Shown here one piece after another: positions 27,699 to 35,208 of a stretch of DNA of 64,000 nucleotides. The number at the start of each line of letters is the position of its first letter. Position 1 is the first letter of the stretch. The stretch spans positions 96,001 to 160,000 of the forward strand of contig CAWKNZ010000002.1 of the NCBI GenBank assembly GCA_963851265.1. Direction: 5' to 3'. The stretch is from an uncultured Gemmatimonadales bacterium. Its GTDB lineage: Bacteria > Gemmatimonadota > Gemmatimonadetes > Gemmatimonadales > Gemmatimonadaceae. A model generated the notes under the pieces. The model did not search any database. It was not told where the DNA came from and was given only the letters and a program-made list of their open reading frames with translations. Made by a program: the position numbers and the translations under genes.

Positions 27699-29030
27699 CT
27701 ACTGGCCGCGCAGCTTCTTCGCGGTCTCGTCGAGAAGCTGCCGCTCCTCCCCGGTGAGGCTGTCGATCCCGCTCGCGGAAATCTTGTCGAGCAGGTGGTC
27801 GAGCGTCTCGGCGCGCGCGGCCGGCGTACTGCCGCCGGCCGCTCCGACCGCCCCCGCCGCCGGGGTCGCCACACGACGCGGCGGGCGCGGCGGCACCGCA
27901 CTCGGCGGGCCGCCGGTCGACGGCAGCAAATTGCTCCCCGGCGTACCCGACCCCGGCACGCCGCCGCCGGATACCCCCCCGCCCGGCGCGCCCGCACCCG
28001 GCGCGCCCGCACCCGGGACGCCCGTACCCGGGACGCCCGTACCCGGCGTGCCCGAACCCGGACCGACGACGCCCGGCCCACCCGTGCGGGGCGTCGCGCC
28101 CGGCGGCAGGGTGGCAGGCGGCGTAGACGGCGGCACCTGCCCACTCGGCGGAGCCACATCGGCGGGCGGGGTCGCCGGCCCGCGTGGCGCGCCTGGCCGG
28201 GGCGCGGGCGGGCGGGCCGTGAGCGCGCGGCTCTGCTCCACCGCCTGGTCCGCGGCACTCCCACGCTCGCGCACCTGCCCGTCGCGGCCGCGTACGTCGC
28301 GGTCGCGCGGCGCACTCCGCGGCACCGCGCGCGGCAGACCGTCCACGATGTCCGGGGCGGGGGCGACGCGCTGGCGCAGCCGGTCGACGTCGGGCGCGGC
28401 GGGGCGGAACAGCCACAGCGCGGCGAACACGAACCCGCCGAGGTGCGCCAGGTGCGCCGTGCCGCCCATCCCCGCGCCGGCCGTCACGTCAAGCACTCCC
28501 ATCACCAGATTGATCACGGCCAGAAACGCGACCAGCCACCACACCTTCATCGGCACCACACCGAAGAACAGCGCCTCGTCGTCCGGCCAGCGGAGCGCGT
28601 ACGCGAGCAGCACGCCGAAGATCGCCGCCGACGCGCCCACGAGCACCGACGGACCGCGCGTGAAGACCGCGTGCGCCGCCGCGCCGCCGAAGCCGCACCA
28701 GAGGTAGAAGGCGGTGAACGCCTTGGTCCCCCACGCGCGCTCCAGCCGCGGCCCAAACACCCAGAGTGTGTACAGGTTCAGCGCCAGGTGCCAGAAGCCG
28801 GCGTGCACGAACATGTACGTGACCGCCGTCCACCACGCGCCCGTCGTGGCGACGGTTCCGCCCGCGAAGCCCAGGAGTTCGGGCAGGTCGTGCTGCACCG
28901 TGGCCTGGAGAAACGCGACCGCGACGTTGGCCACGACGAGCCAGAGCACGGCGGGCGGCACCGCCGAACCTGAGCGGGGCAGCCCGGCATCCTCGCCGGT
29001 CGGGTCGTAGGGCGTGACGTAGGACGACAT
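27699..29030 (-). CDS. Rhomboid intramembrane serine protease with a long low-complexity tail and DUF6576-like C-terminus
   Basis: TYMFVH..WHLALN, GASAA, AHLAHLGG; C-terminal LDHLLDKISASGIDSLTGEERQLL. Confidence 0.9.
   Translation of the reverse strand: MSSYVTPYDPTGEDAGLPRSGSAVPPAVLWLVVANVAVAFLQATVQHDLPELLGFAGGTVATTGAWWTAVTYMFVHAGFWHLALNLYTLWVFGPRLERAWGTKAFTAFYLWCGFGGAAAHAVFTRGPSVLVGASAAIFGVLLAYALRWPDDEALFFGVVPMKVWWLVAFLAVINLVMGVLDVTAGAGMGGTAHLAHLGGFVFAALWLFRPAAPDVDRLRQRVAPAPDIVDGLPRAVPRSAPRDRDVRGRDGQVRERGSAADQAVEQSRALTARPPAPRPGAPRGPATPPADVAPPSGQVPPSTPPATLPPGATPRTGGPGVVGPGSGTPGTGVPGTGVPGAGAPGAGAPGGGVSGGGVPGSGTPGSNLLPSTGGPPSAVPPRPPRRVATPAAGAVGAAGGSTPAARAETLDHLLDKISASGIDSLTGEERQLLDETAKKLRGQ
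27931..28064 (-). repeat. About 9 degenerate 15-bp tandem units encoding xPGxG pentapeptides
   Basis: GPGSG TPGTG VPGTG VPGAG APGAG APGGG VSGGG VPGSG TPGSN. Confidence 0.85.
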
Positions 29031-29092
29031 CTGGAAACCGGGCGGCAGAAACGGCGCGCGGACGCGCCACGTGGGCGGGCGTGGGCCCCGAG

Positions 29093-30187
29093 TCAGAAAC
29101 CCCGGGTCGGGACGGCAGTTCCGAGGGCGGCCGGCACCCGGTCGGGCGCGCCGGCGAGCCGCACGATTTCTTCACACAACGCAGCAAAGTCGATTCCCGC
29201 CGCCGCGGCGCCCTGCGGCAGCAGGCTCAACTCCGTCATGCCGGGAAGCGTGTTCGCCTCCAGACAATAGCCAACCTGCTCCGCGTCGAGGCGGAAGTCC
29301 ACACGGGCGTAGCCACGCAGCCCGAGCGCGTCAAAGGCGAGCCGCGCCTGCCGCTGCAACTCCGCGGCGACCGCGGGGGGCAGATCGGCCACGCGCTCCT
29401 CGGTCATCCCCGCGGTGTACTTGCACTCGTAATCGTAGATCTCGTGCGAGGGCAGGATCTCGATCACTGGAAGCGCGCGGTCGCCGAGCATCCCCACCGT
29501 GAGCTCGCGTCCGGCGACGAACCGCTCGACCATGACCTCGTCGTCGTACCGCGCCGCCAACTCGACCGCCGGCCAGAGCGCCCCGGCCTCGCGGACGACG
29601 GTCAGTGCCACGCTCGACCCCTGCTTGCTCGGCTTGACGATTACCGGCAGGCCGAGCGCGCCGAGCGCCTCGTCGGCGAAGCGATCGCGTTCGTCCGCGT
29701 CGGCGGCGAGCGGCGCCATGCGCCAGTCCGCCGTGCCCACGCCCGCGGCGCGGAAGACGAGCTTGGAACGGTGCTTGTCCATCGCGAGCGCGCTGCCGAG
29801 GTGCCCGCTCCCCGTGTAGCGCACCCCGGCGAGCTCGAGCAGCGCCTGCAGCGTGCCGTCCTCGCCCTGTCCGCCGTGCAGGGCCAGCAGTACCACGTCG
29901 GCGTCCCGCACCGCGGGCCACGTGGCGAGCGCGGGCGGGATCCCGGCTCCCGTGCCACGGCCGAGCGCTTCGAGCGCCTCCAGCGACGGCGGGTGCGTGC
30001 CGACCCCGGCCGCGAGCAACGCCCGCTCGTCGTCGGCCGAGAGCACGCCCTCGGTCGCCACGGCCGCGGGGTCGACGCACGTCACCGCGTGCCCGCGCGA
30101 CCGCAACGCGCCCGCGATGCGCAGCCCCGAGGCGAGCGAAACGTCGCGCTCGGCGGAGTATCCGCCGAGGAGGACGGCGATGTTCAT
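29093..30187 (-). CDS. ddl: D-alanine--D-alanine ligase
   Basis: IAVLLGGYSAERDVSLASG, LHGGQGEDG, MDK, VKPSKQGSS, YDYECKY, RVDF, LEANTLPGMT. Confidence 0.95.
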   Translation of the reverse strand: MNIAVLLGGYSAERDVSLASGLRIAGALRSRGHAVTCVDPAAVATEGVLSADDERALLAAGVGTHPPSLEALEALGRGTGAGIPPALATWPAVRDADVVLLALHGGQGEDGTLQALLELAGVRYTGSGHLGSALAMDKHRSKLVFRAAGVGTADWRMAPLAADADERDRFADEALGALGLPVIVKPSKQGSSVALTVVREAGALWPAVELAARYDDEVMVERFVAGRELTVGMLGDRALPVIEILPSHEIYDYECKYTAGMTEERVADLPPAVAAELQRQARLAFDALGLRGYARVDFRLDAEQVGYCLEANTLPGMTELSLLPQGAAAAGIDFAALCEEIVRLAGAPDRVPAALGTAVPTRGF

Positions 30188-30252
30188 GACGTGCGGAAGA
30201 GGTCGAAAAGGTGGAACGGAGAAACGGCGACGTCCCGAGCGCAATTTCCGGT

Positions 30253-31716
30253 TCAGCGCGCCATCAGAAACTGCAGCATGTCCCCGCGCGTGACGATCCC
30301 GGCCACGTGCCCCCCCTCGGCGACGAGCAGCGCCGGCGTCGTCTTCGAAAGCAACTTGGTGACCGCGTCCGCCGGCTCCTCCGCCCCGACCACCGGGAAC
30401 GGCTCGTCCATCACCTCGCCGACCGTGGCGTCGAGGAACCGCGTGCTCTCGAGCGAACGCGTGGTGAGGAACTGCTCGGTCACGCTCCCCACGCACTGCT
30501 CGCCGTCCATGACGGGCAGCTGCGACACGTCGTGGAGCCGCATGAGGCCTAACGCCTGCCGCACGAGCGCGCCCGGCGCGGTGGCGACGAGCTGCGACGG
30601 CGCGGTGCCGTCCCCCTGCGCCTTGCCCGCGACCAGGGCGCCGAGGGTGACGCGGTCCGGCTCGAGCAGCTGGTTCTCGCGCATCCACTCGTCGTTGTAG
30701 AGCTTCGAGAGGTAGCGCTCGCCCGTGTCGCAGAGGAACGTCACGACGCACGCGTTGGGGTCGTCGAGCCGCCGCGCGAGCTGCAGCGCGGCGTGCGCGA
30801 TGAGCCCCGCCGACCCGCCCACGAACAGCCCCTCCTCGCGCGTGAGCCGGCGCGCCGCGGCGAAGGCGTCGCGGTCGCTCACCGTCACGTAGTCGTCGAG
30901 CACCGCGAGGTCGAGCGTCGCGGGCAGCTTGTCCTGCCCGATCCCCTCGACCTTGAACGGCGCCGGCTCGCCGGCGGGCGCGCGCGGGTCCTTCCGCTGC
31001 CGCCAGAGCGAGGCGAGGATCGACCCCACCGGGTCGGCGGCGATCATCTGGATGTCGGGGTTCCGCTCCTTCAGATAGCGCCCGACGCCGGAGAGCGTGC
31101 CGCCCGTGCCCGCCGCGGCGACGAAGTGGGTGATGCGCCCGCCGGTCTGCTCCCAGAGCTCGGGGCCCGTGGTGGCGTAGTGCGCGTCGGGGTTCGCCTG
31201 GTTGTCGAACTGCCCCGCGAGCACCGCCCCCGGCGTCTCCTTCGCGATGCGCTTGGCCATCATCACGTAGTTGTCCGGGTGGTCCGGCGGCACGGCGGTC
31301 GGCGTGATGATCACCTCGGCGCCGAACGCCTTCAGCAGGCGCACCTTTTCCTGCGACATCTTGTCGGGCATCGTGAAGATGCACTTGTAGCCCTTCATCG
31401 CCGCCGCGATGGCGAGCCCGACGCCGGTGTTGCCGCTGGTCCCCTCGACGATGGTCCCGCCCGGCTTGAGCGCACCGGCCCGCTCGGCGGCCTCGACGAT
31501 CGGCAGGCCGATGCGGTCCTTGACCGAGCCGCCCGGGTTGAAGAACTCCGCCTTGCCGTAGAGCGGCGTGCGGGTGCTCCGCCCGTACCGCGCGAGCCGG
31601 ATGAGCGGCGTCCAGCCGATCGTCTCGAGGACCGAGGCGTAGGGCAGGCGGTGCCGCGGCTGTTCAGCCGCGTGTGGGTCCGTCAGCGTGTCGACGGGAG
31701 AGAGCAGGGTGGCCAT
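30253..31716 (-). CDS. Cystathionine beta-synthase (PLP domain + CBS pair)
   Basis: KAEFFNPGGSVKDR, TSGNTG, GTGGT, VEGIG, DTGERYLSK; C-terminal CBS domains. Confidence 0.9.
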   Translation of the reverse strand: MATLLSPVDTLTDPHAAEQPRHRLPYASVLETIGWTPLIRLARYGRSTRTPLYGKAEFFNPGGSVKDRIGLPIVEAAERAGALKPGGTIVEGTSGNTGVGLAIAAAMKGYKCIFTMPDKMSQEKVRLLKAFGAEVIITPTAVPPDHPDNYVMMAKRIAKETPGAVLAGQFDNQANPDAHYATTGPELWEQTGGRITHFVAAAGTGGTLSGVGRYLKERNPDIQMIAADPVGSILASLWRQRKDPRAPAGEPAPFKVEGIGQDKLPATLDLAVLDDYVTVSDRDAFAAARRLTREEGLFVGGSAGLIAHAALQLARRLDDPNACVVTFLCDTGERYLSKLYNDEWMRENQLLEPDRVTLGALVAGKAQGDGTAPSQLVATAPGALVRQALGLMRLHDVSQLPVMDGEQCVGSVTEQFLTTRSLESTRFLDATVGEVMDEPFPVVGAEEPADAVTKLLSKTTPALLVAEGGHVAGIVTRGDMLQFLMAR

Positions 31717-31729
31717 GAACGGATGCGAA

Positions 31730-32254
31730 TCACTCGTGAGAACTCACCCCGCCGGGCGCGGAACGTCCGGCGGGGTGTCGAAAGTGGACGGGGAAGAGCA
31801 GTGGCGCGGCAACGGGACGCCCGTCGTGACGGGCCGGCGTGAACTCCAGCCGCACGCTTCCGGCCACCGCCGCCGAATCCAGAAGACGTGCGCCCGACGA
31901 CTCCGCCACGCGCGTGCTCTCGGGGTGGACGCGCCCGGCCGAGTCGACCCAGAGACGGAGCGTGACGTTGCCCTCGACCCGCCGGGCGTAGAGCGCGCCG
32001 GGGTAGCGGAAGGGCAGCCGGACGTTCCGCATGCGCGGTGCACTATCACTACCCGCGCCGGGCACACTCGTTGCGCCCACAACGGACGCTCGCGGCGGAA
32101 CTGAATCGGGGTGCGCGCGAGTTGACGGGTTTACTTTTCGCGCGTTTAACGTTGACACACGCGCTCCCGGCGTGCTGTCGGTCCACGATCGCTCCGCGTC
32201 GCCGCGTCCACAGGCCCCGAGCACGAGCAGATTCGCGAGCACGGCGACGCGCAT
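31730..32254 (-). CDS. TonB C-terminal domain protein (putative lipoprotein)
   Basis: LGAC lipobox; FRYP..L..RRVEGNVTLRLWVD..GRV..SSG..LLD.AA..FTPARHDGRPV. Confidence 0.8.
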   Translation of the reverse strand: MRVAVLANLLVLGACGRGDAERSWTDSTPGARVSTLNARKVNPSTRAHPDSVPPRASVVGATSVPGAGSDSAPRMRNVRLPFRYPGALYARRVEGNVTLRLWVDSAGRVHPESTRVAESSGARLLDSAAVAGSVRLEFTPARHDGRPVAAPLLFPVHFRHPAGRSAPGGVSSHE

Positions 32255-32335
32255 AGATGTTGTAATGTAGCGTTCTCTACGATTCAGGCCCGGCGCATCC
32301 GCGGCGGACCACCCCTCCTGGAGTTGCTCCACACG

Positions 32336-34312
32336 ATGCCAGTGATTCGTTCCGGTCGTTTCGCCGGTCGTGGCGCCCGCGCCCGCGCCTCCTTCGTCAC
32401 GGCGGCCCTCGCCGGCGTCACGGCCGTCCTGGCCGCCGCGTGCAGCGATTCGACGACGGGCACCACGCCCGTCAAGCAGACCAACTGCGCCAGCTACAGC
32501 TGCACCGTGACGGCCGCGGCTGCGGTCGGCGATACGGTGCTGCTCAACGTGCGCGTGCCCGGCGGGGCGGCGCTCGACAACGTCGGAGTGGGCACGGGCG
32601 CGTGCGACGCGCCCAACCTCATCAAGTCGCGCGTGGCTGCGGTCTCCAACCGCGCGGTGATCGTCCTCGACACCCGCAACCCGGCCAACGGGCTCACCGA
32701 CGCGTACTACTCGAGCATCGCGCAGACGTTCGACACGCTCGTCTACCCGGTCGACGTCCGCCACTTCGGCGCACCCTCGGCCGACATCGACCACAACGGC
32801 CGCGTCGTCATCTTCTACACGCGCGCGGTCAACGGCCTGACGCCGGCCAATTCGGGTTCGTACGTCGGCGGCTTCTTCTACAGTCGCGACCTCTTCCCGA
32901 CGGCGTCGACGGCGGGCTTCCAGGGGTGCTCGGGCAGCAACGCGTCGGAGATGTTCTACCTGCTCGCCCCCGACCCGTCCGGCACGATCAACGGCAACGT
33001 TCGCGACACGGCGTTCATCCGCCGCGTCACGATCGGGACGATGGCGCACGAGTTCCAGCACCTGATCAGCGCCGAGCGCCGGCTGTACGTGCTCGGCACG
33101 GCCAACTATGACGAAGAAGTGTGGCTCAACGAGGGCATGAGCCACGTGGCGGAAGAGCTGAACTTCTACCAGGCGGCCAGGCTCTCGCCCGCCGGTCAGC
33201 CCGGGCAGTCGCCGCGGTCGCGCCTGACGGCCGCGACCATCCGCAACGCCAACGCCCTCGGCGCGCTCAACAACTTCGGCTTCCAGAACCTCGCCCGATT
33301 CAGCTACTACCTCGCCTCCCCGGACCGCTACTCGCCGTACACGCAGAACGATTCGCTCGAGACACGCGGCGCGACGTGGAGCTTCCTGCGGTACACGTTC
33401 GACCGCGCGGGCGGCACGGATAGCGCGCTCACCTACCCGCTCGTCAACAGCGCCGACACGGGGCTCGTGAACCTGCAAACGGTGATCGCCAGCCAGGGCG
33501 GCACGAGTGCGGGCGTACCGCTCGCGACCTGGTTCCGCGACTGGGCCGTCGCCAACTACGCCGACGGTCTCACGACCCCGCCGAGCCAGTACACGCAGCC
33601 GAGCTGGGTCTTCCGGGACGTGCTGACGCAGTTCCAGCTCACGAACGGCACGTATTTCAACGGCGGCGTCTATCCGCTCAAGAGTGCGGCGCTCACGAAC
33701 GGGTCGGCGCAGACTGCGGCGCTCATCGGCGGCGGGGCGGCGTACTACGTGTTCTCGGTGCCGCCGGGCACCACCTCGACCGTGAGCGCGACGGCCGGAG
33801 GGAATACCTCCCTGCCCAGCACGGTGCGCCTCGCGCTCGTGCAGAGCTCGGGTCCCAACGCGGGCACGGTCACGACGGTCGACGGCCCCGGGAACGGGCC
33901 CGGAACGGTGTCGGTGTCCAACACGTCGGGCGCGGCGATCCAGGCCGGGCTGGTCGTCTTCAACGCGACCCAGCCCGCCCCGCCGGGGCAGCTGCTCACG
34001 GTGACGGTGACCGCGACGAGCATCGCGGCTCCGGTGGCCGGCCTGACGGCATCGTCGGGCGTGGTCGGCCCCACGGTGCGCGCGCTCGCCGCCTCGCAGG
34101 AGCCGGTGATGAGCGACGCCGCGGTCATGCGCCAGCTGCGCGCGTCGTCGCGCGCCGTGCTCGCCCCGCAAGCGATGGCCGCGCGCGCGGTCTACCTCGC
34201 CGCGCGGCGGAGTGGCGACTTCAGCGCCTGGTCGCGCCAGCGCTACGTGCCCGGCTCGGTCAAGGGCGCGGTGGTGCCGGTCGGCGTGGGCACGCCGGCG
34301 TCGCTCCACTAG
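32336..34312 (+). CDS. Secreted zinc metallopeptidase lipoprotein (gluzincin, M30-like)
   Basis: LAAAC lipobox; DIDHNGRV, GGFF..RDLF, SNASEMFY, HEFQHLI, WLNEGMSH. Confidence 0.8.
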   Translation: MPVIRSGRFAGRGARARASFVTAALAGVTAVLAAACSDSTTGTTPVKQTNCASYSCTVTAAAAVGDTVLLNVRVPGGAALDNVGVGTGACDAPNLIKSRVAAVSNRAVIVLDTRNPANGLTDAYYSSIAQTFDTLVYPVDVRHFGAPSADIDHNGRVVIFYTRAVNGLTPANSGSYVGGFFYSRDLFPTASTAGFQGCSGSNASEMFYLLAPDPSGTINGNVRDTAFIRRVTIGTMAHEFQHLISAERRLYVLGTANYDEEVWLNEGMSHVAEELNFYQAARLSPAGQPGQSPRSRLTAATIRNANALGALNNFGFQNLARFSYYLASPDRYSPYTQNDSLETRGATWSFLRYTFDRAGGTDSALTYPLVNSADTGLVNLQTVIASQGGTSAGVPLATWFRDWAVANYADGLTTPPSQYTQPSWVFRDVLTQFQLTNGTYFNGGVYPLKSAALTNGSAQTAALIGGGAAYYVFSVPPGTTSTVSATAGGNTSLPSTVRLALVQSSGPNAGTVTTVDGPGNGPGTVSVSNTSGAAIQAGLVVFNATQPAPPGQLLTVTVTATSIAAPVAGLTASSGVVGPTVRALAASQEPVMSDAAVMRQLRASSRAVLAPQAMAARAVYLAARRSGDFSAWSRQRYVPGSVKGAVVPVGVGTPASLH

Positions 34313-34352
34313 GCGGCGCTACTCCCGCACTGAGCGGCGGGACGGCCACGCA

Positions 34353-34387
34353 CGCGAAGGGGCGCCCACACCGGGCGCCCCTTCGCG
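34353..34387. terminator. Hairpin between convergent genes
   Basis: CGCGAAGGGGCGCCC-ACACC-GGGCGCCCCTTCGCG, 15-bp perfect stem. Confidence 0.7.
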
Positions 34388-34392
34388 CATCG

Positions 34393-35208
34393 CTACCGCC
34401 GGTCCAGCCGGATCTCGAACAGCTTGGGCCAGAGCTTGCCGGTCACGTACAGCTTGTCGGCGACCGAGTCGTAGGCGATCCCGTTCAGCACGTCCTCGCG
34501 CCCGGTACGCTCGGTGACGGGAAGGATGCCGGCGAGGTCGACCCAGCCCGTGACCGCGCCCGTCTTGGGGTCGATGCGGACGATCTGATCGCTCTGCCAG
34601 ACGTTGGCGAAGAGCTCGCCCTTGACCCATTCGAGCTCGTTCACGAGCGAGATCGGTGACGCGCCGTCGTGCACGTCGAGCGTGCGGCGGACGGCGAAGG
34701 TCTTCGGGTCGAGGAAGCGCAGGCGCGCCGTGCTGTCGCTCATGATGAGCGACTCGCCGTCGGTGGTCATCCCCCACCCCTGGCCGGGGTACGTGAACGT
34801 CTGCGCGCGCGGCGTGAGCGTGGCGAGGTCGTAGGTGAACGCCTTGCCCGTCTTGTAGGTCAGCTGGTACAGCACGCCGTTGATAGCGGCGATCCCCTCG
34901 CCGAAGTACTGCGGCGGGAGCGCGTGCCGCAGCTCGACGTTGCCGGTGGCGAGGTCCACGCGGCGCACGTCGCTCTTCCCCTCGAGGCCGGTGCTCTCGT
35001 AGAGCTTGCCGTCCTTGATGAACAGCCCCTCCGTGAAGGCGGCGGGGTCGTGCGGGTAGGAGTGCACGACGGTGGCGACGTAGCTGACGGCGCCGGTAGC
35101 CGAGGCGGCGCTCGTCGCCTTCACGCTGTCGGGAGTGGGGGCGTTGTCGTTGCCGCGGCAGGACGCCGCGAGCAGGGCGGTGAGTGCGAGTGCGAACGGA
35201 CGAGTCAC
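34393..35208 (-). CDS. Glutaminyl-peptide cyclotransferase (beta-propeller type) lipoprotein
   Basis: YPHDPAAFTEGL, YESTG, YFGEG, GQGWG, NELEW, ANVWQ, VLNGIAYD, TGKLWP; GTG overlaps the mutS stop. Confidence 0.92.
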   Translation of the reverse strand: MTRPFALALTALLAASCRGNDNAPTPDSVKATSAASATGAVSYVATVVHSYPHDPAAFTEGLFIKDGKLYESTGLEGKSDVRRVDLATGNVELRHALPPQYFGEGIAAINGVLYQLTYKTGKAFTYDLATLTPRAQTFTYPGQGWGMTTDGESLIMSDSTARLRFLDPKTFAVRRTLDVHDGASPISLVNELEWVKGELFANVWQSDQIVRIDPKTGAVTGWVDLAGILPVTERTGREDVLNGIAYDSVADKLYVTGKLWPKLFEIRLDRR

